Below are positions 16,157 to 25,438 of a stretch of DNA of 64,000 nt, piece after piece. The stretch spans positions 32,001 to 96,000 of the forward strand of contig JAWSUS010000001.1 in the NCBI GenBank assembly GCA_033549025.1. Direction: 5' to 3'. The DNA is from Desulfuromonadales bacterium (GTDB taxonomy: Bacteria; Desulfobacterota; Desulfuromonadia; Desulfuromonadales; SZUA-540). The number at the start of each line of letters is the position of its first letter. Position 1 is the stretch's first letter. Made by a program: the position numbers and the translations under genes. Below the pieces are notes generated by a model, which saw only the letters and a program-made list of their open reading frames with translations, made no database searches and was not told the DNA's origin.

Positions 16157-16883
16157 CCTCCTTCTGGCCGATGAGGGAGGCGAAATTAAACCACTTGAGC
16201 CAGACGTCCATGCGGATAAAGCCCGCCGCGCGCAGTCGCTGCACGTGGTCCTCCAGCGTCTCGGGAATCAGCACGTTTTCGAGAGCTTCTCGTTTCTGGC
16301 TGATTTCCAGCTGCGAATAGCCGTTCTCCTTTTTAAAGCGATAGTAGAATTCCTGCTGCATGGCATCAAAGGCAGCGTCGGCATGGACGACCTTCTCGGT
16401 CAACAGCAGGATGCCCCCCGGCCTCAGCGCCTCGTAAATCCGGCCGATCAGGGCCGTGCGGTCAGTCAGAGGCAGAAACTGCAGGGTCAGATTGACGATG
16501 ATGACCGAGGCGTTTGCCAAAGGAATCTCGCGCACGTCGCCAAGCAGCAGCTGCACATCCTCCTGCCGGGCATGATCCTGCAGACGGCTTTGGTAAGCGT
16601 CAAGCATGGGGGCCGAGTTGTCCACGGCGATCATGTCAAAGGGCACAGCGGCCAGCTCCTGGCAGAGACAGAGGCCCAGGTTCCCATTGGAGCAGCCCAG
16701 GTCGTAGATACGGCTGCCCGGCTGGTAGTAGCGGGCGGCCAGTTGGGCCTGACGGCGGATGTTCTCGCGATAGAGAGGAACGGAACGGCCAATCATGTCG
16801 TCAAAAACACGAACGACCTGTTCGTTAAATGAAAAAGGCTCGACCTGATCTTTTTTTTCCGCAAAAACCTTATCCTGCTTCAT
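16143..16883 (-). CDS. cmoA: Carboxy-S-adenosyl-L-methionine synthase CmoA
   Basis: FSFNEQVVRVFDDMIGRSVPLY, YDLGCS, NGYSQLEISQKREALENV. Confidence 0.95.
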   Translation of the reverse strand: MKQDKVFAEKKDQVEPFSFNEQVVRVFDDMIGRSVPLYRENIRRQAQLAARYYQPGSRIYDLGCSNGNLGLCLCQELAAVPFDMIAVDNSAPMLDAYQSRLQDHARQEDVQLLLGDVREIPLANASVIIVNLTLQFLPLTDRTALIGRIYEALRPGGILLLTEKVVHADAAFDAMQQEFYYRFKKENGYSQLEISQKREALENVLIPETLEDHVQRLRAAGFIRMDVWLKWFNFASLIGQKEDGHA

Positions 16884-16906
16884 CTTGTATCCTTGTCGCC
16901 TGCCCG

Positions 16907-17188
16907 TCAGTTGCCGCCATCATGTTCAAGCAGGCCCCGCAGCTTGGCGATTTTTCGCTCCACGGCCTTTTGTACCCGCTCTTCACCGAACATATAGGTC
17001 AATTGACCGACCATGAGAGTGACGTCGGCCAATTCTTCGATAATGACCTCTTCTTCGACCTTACCCCGCTTGAGATGCTTGAGGGAGGCAATCAACTCGG
17101 CGCATTCCTCCACGGCCTGATCGTATTGGGCCTCTTCCCCCCACTTGGCGAGGGTGGCCCGATAGAGTTCCTGGTAATCCATCATCAT
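16907..17188 (-). CDS. Small MazG-like all-alpha NTP pyrophosphohydrolase
   Basis: EECAEL...EELADV acidic motif pair. Confidence 0.75.
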   Translation of the reverse strand: MMMDYQELYRATLAKWGEEAQYDQAVEECAELIASLKHLKRGKVEEEVIIEELADVTLMVGQLTYMFGEERVQKAVERKIAKLRGLLEHDGGN

Positions 17189-17272
17189 CCTTTTCAGGCA
17201 GGCAAAAGAAACAGAGGGGAAACACGCCCTCCCCTCTGTCGTCCAGTCTGCTATCGCATGGGGTTGTCCCGC

Positions 17273-17578
17273 TTATTTTTCCAGGGATAGACCAGCTTTT
17301 CGCCAGGCGGCCATCTGCCCATCGAGAAGTTCGGCCCGATAGCCCCGCTTGACCAGCAGCGTGCGGGCCATTTCGGCCCGCGGCCCGTGTTCACAGACCA
17401 CGACAACGGGAACCTGCCGGTCCTGCGGCAGACGGGCTACACGAAACATGATTTTCCACAGGGGGGCATGCAGGGCGCCGGGGATATGGCCGCTTCGGTA
17501 TTCGAAGCCACTGCGCACATCGACGACGCAAGGCGGCTGCTGCCCTCGCAGCCTCTTGTTCAGGTCGGCGGCTTTCAT
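17273..17578 (-). CDS. Rhodanese-like domain protein
   Basis: VDVRSGFEYRSGHIPGA, VVCEHGPRA, GQMAAW. Confidence 0.88.
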   Translation of the reverse strand: MKAADLNKRLRGQQPPCVVDVRSGFEYRSGHIPGALHAPLWKIMFRVARLPQDRQVPVVVVCEHGPRAEMARTLLVKRGYRAELLDGQMAAWRKAGLSLEK

Positions 17579-18126
17579 TCACTCCCTCCGCCGAAACGAT
17601 TGATGTGGATACGCTCGCTTTTAAGGCTCGACGCCGGATGACCGGCCTTCTCTTCCCCCGGATAACCGAGACCAATAATGGCCTCGACCCGGTATTTTTC
17701 GGGAATATCGAGGAGTTCCCGGACAACCGACTCGGCACTTTTCTGCTCGTTATGGGGGCGCTGCCGGATCTGCACCCAGCAGCTTCCCAGGTCGAGGGAT
17801 GCGGCCGTCAGCTGCACAATAGTGGCGGCGATGGCGCAATCCTCGATCCAGACATCGCTTTTGCTCTCGTCGGCGCAGATGACCAGGGCCAGGGGCGCGC
17901 CGGCAAGAAAAGTCGAACCATGCTGCTTGGCCCGTGAGAGCCCCTGCAGCAGCTCGGGCCGGGTGACCCACAGAAATTCCCAGGGGTCGTTACCGCGAGA
18001 CGAATAGGTGCGCAGCGCCGCTTCGGTGAGCACGGCAACCTTATCCGGTTCGACGGCCCTGTCTTCAAATACGCGGATGCTTCGACGCTTTTGCAGCAAG
18101 GAGAGCAACATGGGGACTTGGTTCAA
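17575..18126 (-). CDS. Nitroreductase family protein (start may be 18111)
   Basis: RRSIR, PWEF, EDCAIA, LGSCWVQIR. Confidence 0.88.
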   Translation of the reverse strand: MNQVPMLLSLLQKRRSIRVFEDRAVEPDKVAVLTEAALRTYSSRGNDPWEFLWVTRPELLQGLSRAKQHGSTFLAGAPLALVICADESKSDVWIEDCAIAATIVQLTAASLDLGSCWVQIRQRPHNEQKSAESVVRELLDIPEKYRVEAIIGLGYPGEEKAGHPASSLKSERIHINRFGGGSE

Positions 18127-18138
18127 AAGAGACTCCTC

Positions 18139-18519
18139 TTATCGCACGGGGTTAAAAACAACCTGCTCCTGGGCCTGTTCCAGGCTCACTTCATAGCCGT
18201 CGACATCCACCAACCGCAGATTGCGCTGACAACGGTCGCAACGAAAAGCCCAGTAGGTCGCCGGAACGTTGATCGTTCGCCCTTCGGCATCTTTTTGAAA
18301 CTTGACGCTCTCGAACTCTTGCCAATCCGTCAGCTTACGCCGGCAGTGGGGGCAGAAAGGACGAATCTTGCGATCCCACAGCACCTCGAACTGATAAACA
18401 AAACGGCGATACTGCCAGCGCTTGTATAGAACCCGGAGCAACAGTATTCCGGCCAATCCGCCGGCCACTGCCAGACCCACAACAGGAAGAGAAACAGTGC
18501 CATCGGTTAAAAAATCCAA
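18139..18519 (-). CDS. Membrane-anchored zinc-ribbon hypothetical protein
   Basis: TTG start after GGAGG; N-terminal hydrophobic helix; CPHC...CDRC. Confidence 0.55.
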   Translation of the reverse strand: MDFLTDGTVSLPVVGLAVAGGLAGILLLRVLYKRWQYRRFVYQFEVLWDRKIRPFCPHCRRKLTDWQEFESVKFQKDAEGRTINVPATYWAFRCDRCQRNLRLVDVDGYEVSLEQAQEQVVFNPVR

Positions 18520-18719
18520 AACCACCCTCCTTGCCGGCACACCACTGCAACACGGGTAATGGCCTACAAATGGCGACAGAATACCTCTTGGGGCGGAAGG
18601 CTGTCAATTCCTTCGAAGGGCGGTTTGGCCTTGCATTATGGCAGCGTCGCGATATGCATGTAGGAAGAGGGGCAGAACCATCATTAAAAACACAGGCCCA
18701 TCAGGGGAGGAAAAAAGAG

Positions 18720-19103
18720 ATGAAAAAGGCATGGATACCCGCAGGAGCGTTTTTGCTGCTGTGCGCCTGCAGCTTTCCCACCTATGAATGGCGCCATCCG
18801 CAGGGGCTGTCTCAGACGGCCCTCGAACAGGACAAGGAGGAATGCTACCGCTACGCCAACCAGGCCATCCCCCCTTCGTACTACTACGACGATCCCTTTT
18901 TATGGGGTGACCCCTACGGGGATATGTACTGGCCTTATCATCGTCACCCTTACTATCCCCACAGCTTCAGCTATCACTATCCCGGCTATTGGGGGTTCTC
19001 CTCCCACTTTTACTTCCGATACCGGGACGATATTTTCAGGGCCTGCATGAAAGGCAAAGGCTGGCGCCTCGAGCGGGTGGAAGAAAACAACAATAGAAAA
19101 TGA
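18720..19103 (+). CDS. Putative lipoprotein with aromatic/His-rich insert
   Basis: MKK...LLLCAC lipobox; DKEEC...ACMKGKGW cysteine pair flanking a Tyr/His/Pro/Trp-rich segment. Confidence 0.7.
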   Translation: MKKAWIPAGAFLLLCACSFPTYEWRHPQGLSQTALEQDKEECYRYANQAIPPSYYYDDPFLWGDPYGDMYWPYHRHPYYPHSFSYHYPGYWGFSSHFYFRYRDDIFRACMKGKGWRLERVEENNNRK

Positions 19104-19104
19104 T

Positions 19105-19560
19105 TTACTGAAAAAGGGCCCAGACAAAGACACCGGCCATATACAATACGACCAGAATGCCCAGCAAGATGAGAACCGCCGCCACCGGGGGATAGGTTTT
19201 GCCGTAGAGTCTTTTCAGGGGTGTGGCGGGATGTAGAAACTCCTCCTCCACCGCCGCCAGAATGTCCTGATTACGGTCAGGCATGATGGATCGAAGGCCG
19301 GTGACGAAGTCTTCGGCAACAAACTTGCGGGTCTTTTGGGGCGCGACGACAAGCAGGGTGCGCTGCTGCGGGGAGATTTCCCGTTCCACCGTCAAAAAGG
19401 TGGAGAAGAGGTCCAGATTGAAGGATTTGCCGTATTTGACTCCCTCCAGACGCAGAAGCCAGGTTTTATCGGCAAAGTGCTCACGCACCGCCACCCCCGT
19501 CGGCAGTTCCGTTTCTTCCCGAATCAGCTCCCATCCAGCCAATAGCCGTTCAGCCATCAT
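19105..19560 (-). CDS. Hypothetical protein with C-terminal membrane helix
   Basis: GAGGAGG-like RBS; C-terminal hydrophobic segment. Confidence 0.6.
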   Translation of the reverse strand: MMAERLLAGWELIREETELPTGVAVREHFADKTWLLRLEGVKYGKSFNLDLFSTFLTVEREISPQQRTLLVVAPQKTRKFVAEDFVTGLRSIMPDRNQDILAAVEEEFLHPATPLKRLYGKTYPPVAAVLILLGILVVLYMAGVFVWALFQ

Positions 19561-19661
19561 CCCTCCTCTTAAGTAGTCTGAAGACGCTTACCGCCAGGAC
19601 GTTACGCCATCTTCCCCCATCAGTCAACAAGGCGCCAGTTCAGACGGTTCATTCATCAAAT

Positions 19662-19691
19662 AAAAACCCGCCGGAGGGGTTACCCGGCGGG
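19662..19691 (-). terminator. Intrinsic terminator after the Fe-S protein gene
   Basis: CCCGCCGG/CCGGCGGG stem followed by TTTTT on the minus strand. Confidence 0.7.
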
Positions 19692-19718
19692 CTGGAAAGA
19701 AACTTGACGGATGTCGGT

Positions 19719-20504
19719 TCAGGACAGCCTGTCGCCCTGAATACCAATTTTGATGGTCTGCAAGGGAATGTCCTTGCCGCTGGCGGCCAGCGCCTGCCGG
19801 ACGATGGCGACCAGTCCGGAACAACAGGGCACTTCCATGTGTAGCACGGTGAGACTTTTGATATCGTTTTTCATCAGCATCTCAGTGAGCTTGTGCAGAT
19901 AAGCCTGGCCGTCATCGAGTTTGGGGCAGCCGATGAGCAAGGCTTTGCCCTGCAGAAAATCCTTATGGAAATCGGCGTAGGCAAAAGGAACGCAGTCGGC
20001 GGCAAAGACCAGCTCGGCCCCTTGCAGAAAGGGGGCGGTCGGCGGCACCAGGTGCATCTGCACCGGCCATTGACGCAACTGGGACTGACGAGTGCCCGCT
20101 TCGGTATTCGCGTCGTCTTTTGGCGCGGAAAAGCTTCGCAGGGCAGAACCAGGGCACCCCCCGCCGGCAGGCGGCGTCATCGTCATGACGCGCGATCCCG
20201 GGCAGCCGCCCCCATGTCCATGTCCGTGCCCATGACCATGGGCCGGCGCTGCGGGCTTTGGGGTGGACTTTTCCAGGTGCTCCTCAACGGCTTCCTCGTC
20301 GAAGGCGTCCGCCTGACGCTTTTCAATCGTAATGGCCCCCTGCGGACAGTCGCCCAGGCAGGCACCCAAGCCGTCACACAGATTGTCGGCCAAAAGGCGC
20401 GCCTTGCCGTCGATGATCTGGATGGCCCCTTCGGCGCAGGCGGGGACACAAAGGCCGCAGCCGTCACATTTTTCTTCGTCGATTTTGACAATTTCCCTGA
20501 CCAT
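19719..20504 (-). CDS. 2x[4Fe-4S] ferredoxin-domain iron-sulfur protein (type found in HcpR regulons)
   Basis: CDGCGLCVPAC, CDGLGACLGDC, GCPGS x2, QWPVQ, ADC, GCPKLD, MEVPCC. Confidence 0.88.
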   Translation of the reverse strand: MVREIVKIDEEKCDGCGLCVPACAEGAIQIIDGKARLLADNLCDGLGACLGDCPQGAITIEKRQADAFDEEAVEEHLEKSTPKPAAPAHGHGHGHGHGGGCPGSRVMTMTPPAGGGCPGSALRSFSAPKDDANTEAGTRQSQLRQWPVQMHLVPPTAPFLQGAELVFAADCVPFAYADFHKDFLQGKALLIGCPKLDDGQAYLHKLTEMLMKNDIKSLTVLHMEVPCCSGLVAIVRQALAASGKDIPLQTIKIGIQGDRLS

Positions 20505-20585
20505 GATGCACTCCGTTCTGTATTGAGAGGATGGATTCTTTTCCGTTTATAAATTCTATCTTATAAAAATCTCGTTGCCGCCGCC

Positions 20586-20599
20586 TTGACCGGCATCAA
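20586..20599. promoter_or_regulatory. Fnr-like/HcpR box upstream of the Fe-S gene
   Basis: TTGACCGGCATCAA (TTGA-N6-TCAA), centred at -41.5 relative to a TAAGAT -10 (20563-20558). Confidence 0.75.
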
Positions 20600-20623
20600 A
20601 AAAACGCGATTGCCGCTGTCTTT

Positions 20624-20956
20624 TTAGAAAAAATAGTGCCAGAGCAAATCCAGACGTCCCCGCATGATGAGCCTTTTCCCGGAAAAACGCATGATTTCCC
20701 GTACTTTCTCCCGATGCCCCGGCCGGTAGCAGTGAATGTGACACCCCTTGCAATCCGGCTTGGGGTCGAGAGGACACTTGATACGCCGGCTAAAAGCGTA
20801 CTCCAGAAACTCCCGGCATTCGGCACAAAGGGTAAAACGTGACAGATCCATGCCGTCAAAAGCAGGAGAGGTCTTTTGCCCCTCGTGGTGAGCCTGGCAG
20901 TACACCGAGGTGAAAAGCACTAAAACGCGCAGATCTTTTTTTTCTTTGCGGGTCAT
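20624..20956 (-). CDS. YgbA-like (nitrous oxide-stimulated promoter family) protein
   Basis: YCQAHH, LCAECREFLEYA, CPLDPKPDCKGCHIHCY, IMRFSG. Confidence 0.88.
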   Translation of the reverse strand: MTRKEKKDLRVLVLFTSVYCQAHHEGQKTSPAFDGMDLSRFTLCAECREFLEYAFSRRIKCPLDPKPDCKGCHIHCYRPGHREKVREIMRFSGKRLIMRGRLDLLWHYFF

Positions 20957-21022
20957 GGTCCAATCTCCCGGAGCGGTGAATGACGTGTTGAACAAAGCAT
21001 AGATCAAAAGGCGAGGTCATTC

Positions 21023-21038
21023 TTTGACGGCCGTCAAA
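21023..21038. promoter_or_regulatory. Fnr-like/HcpR box upstream of the ygbA-like gene
   Basis: Perfect palindrome TTTGACGGCCGTCAAA, centred at -41.5 relative to a TATGCT -10 (21001-20996). Confidence 0.8.
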
Positions 21039-21110
21039 TTTTGCCGAAGATTAGGCCAGTAGGGGAAAAAACGATGGGAAGGTGAAACGAGCGGGCGTGT
21101 CGGCAGACGC

Positions 21111-21785
21111 TTATTCTTTATAGGTCTGGGCGAGATCTTCGAGACGGTCACGATCAAGAATGTCGATAACCTTGCCATTGACGGCAATCAGCTCGTCGTC
21201 GGAGAGCTTGCGCAGGGTGCGTGAGAGAGTTTCACTCACCGTACCAAGATTGGAGGCCAGCTGGGTCTTGGAAATCTCCAATTCGATGCGGCTGTCCTCG
21301 TCTCCGGCCACTTCGAGCAGATAGCGGGCCAGCCGGGCCGGCACATCCTTGAAGGTCAGCTCCTCGATCTGCGTGGTGAACTGGCGCAAAAAGCGGGAAA
21401 GCCCGGCGATCATATTGATGGCAATACGCGAATGTTCGTGCAAAAGGGTGAGGAATTCCTTCTTGGGAAAGAAGATGACCTGGCTGGCCTGAAGCGGTTC
21501 GGCGTAGGCGGGATAGAGGCCGTTGCCAAAGATGGCCGCCTCGGCAAAGGTGCCGCCGGGGTGGATGATGTGCAAGATACGCTCCTTCCCCTCAGGGGAG
21601 AGCTTGTAGATCTTCACCTTGCCGCTGAGCAGAACATAAAAACCCAGCGCTGGCTCACCATCGGCGAAAAGGACTTCTCCCTTGGCGTGCTGGCGCACCT
21701 TGCCGACCTGTTGCAGACAAGACAGATCTTCGTCCGTCACACCGGCAAAAATAGGGCATTTTTTCAGAATCGCATCGATATCCAT
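21111..21785 (-). CDS. hcpR: Crp/Fnr family transcriptional regulator (HcpR-like)
   Basis: cNMP-binding fold (GKVKIYKLSPEGKE, FAEAAIF); HTH LASNLGTVSETLSR; adjacent to TTGA-N6-TCAA-controlled genes. Confidence 0.8.
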   Translation of the reverse strand: MDIDAILKKCPIFAGVTDEDLSCLQQVGKVRQHAKGEVLFADGEPALGFYVLLSGKVKIYKLSPEGKERILHIIHPGGTFAEAAIFGNGLYPAYAEPLQASQVIFFPKKEFLTLLHEHSRIAINMIAGLSRFLRQFTTQIEELTFKDVPARLARYLLEVAGDEDSRIELEISKTQLASNLGTVSETLSRTLRKLSDDELIAVNGKVIDILDRDRLEDLAQTYKE

Positions 21786-21913
21786 AGCAGGCGGATAGTA
21801 GCAGAGAGGGACGTTGACGACAAGATGCAAAGGAAAATAAAAAATCCAACCCCAGGCGCTGCCTGTCTTGGGTTGGATTTCTGACTCCTGAAGATGCAGG
21901 AGGTTTTCTTTGT

Positions 21914-22000
21914 TGGTGCCGAAGGGGAGACTCGAACTCCCACGGGACTACTCCCACTAGACCCTGAACCTAGCGTGTCTACCAATTCCACCACTTCGGC
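21914..22000 (-). tRNA. tRNA-Leu(CAG)
   Basis: GCCGAAGTGGTGGAATTGGTAGACACG CTAGG TT CAG GG TCTAG, long variable arm, TTCGAGT loop, CTTCGGC ACCA. Confidence 0.97.
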
Positions 22001-22080
22001 TTGAAACGTGGGCTTTTATAACAAAAGGATTTGGCCATTGCAACAAAAAAAATCACAAAAAAAGAGGGCAGCCGAAAAAG

Positions 22081-23751
22081 CTACAGAGGCCGCAAAGGCG
22101 GCACCAGCACGGACCTAAAGCGGCTGACCGTCACCAGTCCTGGGCGCGCGCCTTTCGGTTTGTGCACGGCCTTCCCGTCGGCTACCATGACCTCGACTTT
22201 ATTTGCGTCTTTGCCTCGTGAGTAACCGGCGGCGATACGGGCGGCGAAAAGCAGGTCTTCCGTCGGGATGTCGCCGGCATGTTGTCCCCTTTTGAGAACG
22301 ACGTGGGCGCCCGGCATATCCCGGGCGTGAAACCACAGATCATCGCCGGCGGTCAGGTGGCGACTGACATAGTCGTTGGTGCGGTTGTTCTTCCCCCAGC
22401 AGATGGTGAAACCGCCGGGACTCTGCAGCCGACGCACCTGTTCCTTGGGGTCGCCTGGGCGACGGCTGGCCCGCCAGCGTTCACTGGGACGAATCAGCCC
22501 GGCCTCTTCCAGTTCGGAACGGATACCTGTGAGTTCCTCGGCTGTTTCCGCTTCTTCGAGGGCATAGAGCATTTCCTGCAGCCACTCTTTTTGCTGTCGG
22601 GCTTCTTCCCGTCGTCGCACAAGATGAACTTCCCCACGCTTGCCTTTCTTTACCCGGCGAAAATAACGCTCCGCATTTTCCTGCGGCGTGAGTAAAGGAT
22701 CGAGCCCAATGGTAACCGGACAGGGTGGTTCGGCGTGGTAATCTTCTACGGTAACAGCTTCCATGCCACGGCGGATGCGATAGAGGTTGGCCACCAACAG
22801 TTCGCCGAGCTGCCGCTGCCGATCGAGCCCGGCTAGATTTTCCTGTTCCTGTTCGAGCTTCTGCAAGAGCCTGTCAACGCGCCGGAGCCCTCGCCGCAGC
22901 GCCTCCTGCATCTTCTCCTTGCCGCCGGCGTTTCCCTCGGCACCTTCCATCTCCCCATAAAAACAGTCGGCGGCGGCCGCGAAGCTGGCAAAGGTGCGCT
23001 GGCTACTCACCTCCAAAAATTGCACATCGAAGGGAAGCAGCAGCGATCGGCCGCCTATCTCGGCAATCTGGGGAAGTAGCGGCTCCAATAGCCAGCGCTG
23101 GCGAAAGGATTCCAGAACGTTCTCGGCCGGCAAGCCAAGACGGACCCCCGCCGCCAGATCGCGGGCCACCAGAGGGGTCATAGGGGCGATTTCCCCCTTG
23201 AGCCAGCCCTCAAACGCCTCTGCCTGCTGGAAAGCCTCGGGAACCGGCAGGGGTACATCCGCCAGCAGCGTACGCGAAAGGGCCTCGGGCAGGCGGTAGG
23301 GATTTCCCGGCATGAGCGCGCGCTCGCCACTGGATCGGGTTTCGCGTTTGAGGCAATCAACGATGCGGCCTTCGCCATCGACGAGAATCAGGTTGCTGCG
23401 CCCGCCCAGCAGTTCAGCCATCAACCGATACGGGTTGTCCTCCTCGCCGGCGAAGGTCAGCTGGACAACCCGTTCGCCGGGAATCTGCTCGATGGCAAGC
23501 AGCCGGCGAAGCCGCGCCCGCAGCAGCTGACAGAAACGCGGCGGTGAGGCAGGATTGGGGAAGGTTTTTTCGGTAAGATGCAGACGACTGGCGCGGGGGG
23601 AGGTGGAAAGGAGCAGGCGCCGGTCGCCGTGTCGATTCCAGAGGCGCAGGATGATCGTCTCGGCATCCGGCTGATAAATCTTGCGAATCAGGGCGCCGGG
23701 GAGGATTTCCTCCACTTCCCGCACCATGGCCGCGATGGCAAAATTATCCAT
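22081..23751 (-). CDS. rqcH: Rqc2/RqcH (NFACT/FbpA) ribosome quality-control protein
   Basis: KIYQP, ELLGGRSNLIL, PQENAERYF, GKNNRTND, WFHARDMPGAHV. Confidence 0.9.
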   Translation of the reverse strand: MDNFAIAAMVREVEEILPGALIRKIYQPDAETIILRLWNRHGDRRLLLSTSPRASRLHLTEKTFPNPASPPRFCQLLRARLRRLLAIEQIPGERVVQLTFAGEEDNPYRLMAELLGGRSNLILVDGEGRIVDCLKRETRSSGERALMPGNPYRLPEALSRTLLADVPLPVPEAFQQAEAFEGWLKGEIAPMTPLVARDLAAGVRLGLPAENVLESFRQRWLLEPLLPQIAEIGGRSLLLPFDVQFLEVSSQRTFASFAAAADCFYGEMEGAEGNAGGKEKMQEALRRGLRRVDRLLQKLEQEQENLAGLDRQRQLGELLVANLYRIRRGMEAVTVEDYHAEPPCPVTIGLDPLLTPQENAERYFRRVKKGKRGEVHLVRRREEARQQKEWLQEMLYALEEAETAEELTGIRSELEEAGLIRPSERWRASRRPGDPKEQVRRLQSPGGFTICWGKNNRTNDYVSRHLTAGDDLWFHARDMPGAHVVLKRGQHAGDIPTEDLLFAARIAAGYSRGKDANKVEVMVADGKAVHKPKGARPGLVTVSRFRSVLVPPLRPL

Positions 23752-23949
23752 ATTCACGTTGTATTACGCCTTTTCCGGAAGATAAGCCGTCGGACTCTGA
23801 CACCTGTGTTCACCAGAGCTGGGGCACTCAGGATAACCAAGTCGCCCAAGGCACTCAAGTTTTTCATTTAAAAACACCGTCAATCTGCTATCATATTCGA
23901 CCTGCGCATTACCTGACATCAGACGCATCTTCGCAAAAGGGAGGTCCCC

Positions 23950-25233
23950 ATGGATAAGAATTGGAAACTAGAGACCCTGGCCATTCAGGCGGGCTACAGC
24001 CCCAAGGCTACGGAACCGCGTATCGTCCCTATCGTGCAGAGCACGACTTTTAAATACGACAGCGCCGAGCATGTGGCCAAACTGTTTGATCTGGATGCCG
24101 CCGATCCTTTTTACACCCGCCTCGGCAACCCGACGACGTCGGCCTTTGAAGCCAAGATTGCCGCCATGGAAGGGGGCGTCGGCGCGCTGGCGACCTCAGC
24201 TGGCCAGGCGGCCTCCACCCTGTCCATCCTCAATATCTGCCGATCCGGCCAGCATATCATCTCGGCCAGCACCCTGTACGGTGGCACCTACTCCCTCTTT
24301 GCCAACACCCTGCCCAAGATGGGTATTGAGGTCACCTTTGTCGACCCTGAGGCGCCCCTGGACGAGCTTAAGAAGCACTTTCGCGCCGAGACTCGCGCCA
24401 TCTTTGCCGAGACCATCGGCAACCCCGGCCTGAATGTGCTCGATTTCGAAAAGTTCTCCGCCCTGGCCAAGGACATGGGTGTTCCCCTGATCATCGACAA
24501 TACCTTCGGCACCCCTTACCTGTGCCGCCCTTTCGAGCACGGCGCCCATATCGTCATCCACTCCACCACCAAATATATCGACGGCCACGCCACCAGCGTC
24601 GGCGGGGTCATTGTAGACAGCGGCACCTTCGACTGGACCTCGGGAAAATACCCGGAGCTGACGGAGCCTGATTCCAGCTACCACGGCCTGCGCTACGTAG
24701 AGAAGTTCGGGCCGATGGCCTACATCATCAAGGCCCGTGCGCAACTGATGCGCGACATCGGCACCACCCCGGCGCCCCTGAATTCTTTTCTGAACAATCT
24801 CGGTCTCGAAACCGTCGCCCTGCGCATGGAACGGCACAGCTACAATGCCCTGAAACTCGCCCAGTACCTGGAGGAGCATGCGGACGTCACCTGGGTCAAC
24901 TACCCCGGCCTGCCCAGCCATCCCAGCTACAGCCGCGCCCAGAAATACCTGCCCAAGGGGGCCAGCGGCGTGCTGACCTTCGGTATCAAGGGGGGGAAAA
25001 AGGCCGGCATCAAATTCATGGAGAGCACCAAACTCATCGCTCTGGTCGTACACGTCGGCGACGCCCGCTCCTGCGTCCTGCACCCCGCCAGCACCACCCA
25101 TCGCCAGCTTACCCCGGAACAGCAACGGGCTTCGGGTGTTTCCCCCGACCTCATCCGCCTGTCCGTCGGTATTGAGCATATCGATGACATCATTGCCGAT
25201 GTCGAACAGGCACTACAAGCCAGTCAAAAATAA
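23950..25233 (+). CDS. metY: O-acetylhomoserine aminocarboxypropyltransferase/sulfhydrylase, copy 1
   Basis: [22 protein letters not shown] (PLP lysine), [10 protein letters not shown]. Confidence 0.92.
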   Translation: MDKNWKLETLAIQAGYSPKATEPRIVPIVQSTTFKYDSAEHVAKLFDLDAADPFYTRLGNPTTSAFEAKIAAMEGGVGALATSAGQAASTLSILNICRSGQHIISASTLYGGTYSLFANTLPKMGIEVTFVDPEAPLDELKKHFRAETRAIFAETIGNPGLNVLDFEKFSALAKDMGVPLIIDNTFGTPYLCRPFEHGAHIVIHSTTKYIDGHATSVGGVIVDSGTFDWTSGKYPELTEPDSSYHGLRYVEKFGPMAYIIKARAQLMRDIGTTPAPLNSFLNNLGLETVALRMERHSYNALKLAQYLEEHADVTWVNYPGLPSHPSYSRAQKYLPKGASGVLTFGIKGGKKAGIKFMESTKLIALVVHVGDARSCVLHPASTTHRQLTPEQQRASGVSPDLIRLSVGIEHIDDIIADVEQALQASQK

Positions 25234-25255
25234 GCTTTCCTCTTCTTGTTTCTTT

Positions 25256-25285
25256 AAAACGGGCCTTTACGGGCCCGTTTTTTTT
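25256..25285 (+). terminator. Intrinsic terminator between the two metY genes
   Basis: AAAACGGGCC/GGCCCGTTTT followed by a T-run. Confidence 0.8.
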
Positions 25286-25338
25286 GATTCCCTCATTGCC
25301 AATTGCTTTCCGATATTTTTTCTGATAATTATCCAGAC

Positions 25339-25363
25339 ATTCCCTATTGTTTCCGTAGGGTTT
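25339..25363. promoter_or_regulatory. Palindromic operator candidate upstream of metY copy 2
   Basis: CCCTA-N9-TAGGG with A/T-rich flanks; resembles Rrf2-family (IscR/CymR) sites. Confidence 0.4.
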
Positions 25364-25438
25364 ACAGCGACCCGAAACGGAGTAAAATTTCAGCGATTCA
25401 CCCGCTATTCGCCCAGACCATTTTACCTGGAGGTTGAA

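Noticed and set aside
21831..21913. Second integrated element at tRNA-Leu
   Set aside because: Only a terminator-like hairpin follows the tRNA; no integrase, duplicated 3' end or compositional shift
23758..23949. SAM riboswitch or T-box upstream of metY copy 1
   Set aside because: No S-box core or T-box motif visible
25136..25438. 101-aa N-terminal extension of metY copy 2
   Set aside because: It runs through the previous gene's end and a terminator; the RBS and homology start at 25439
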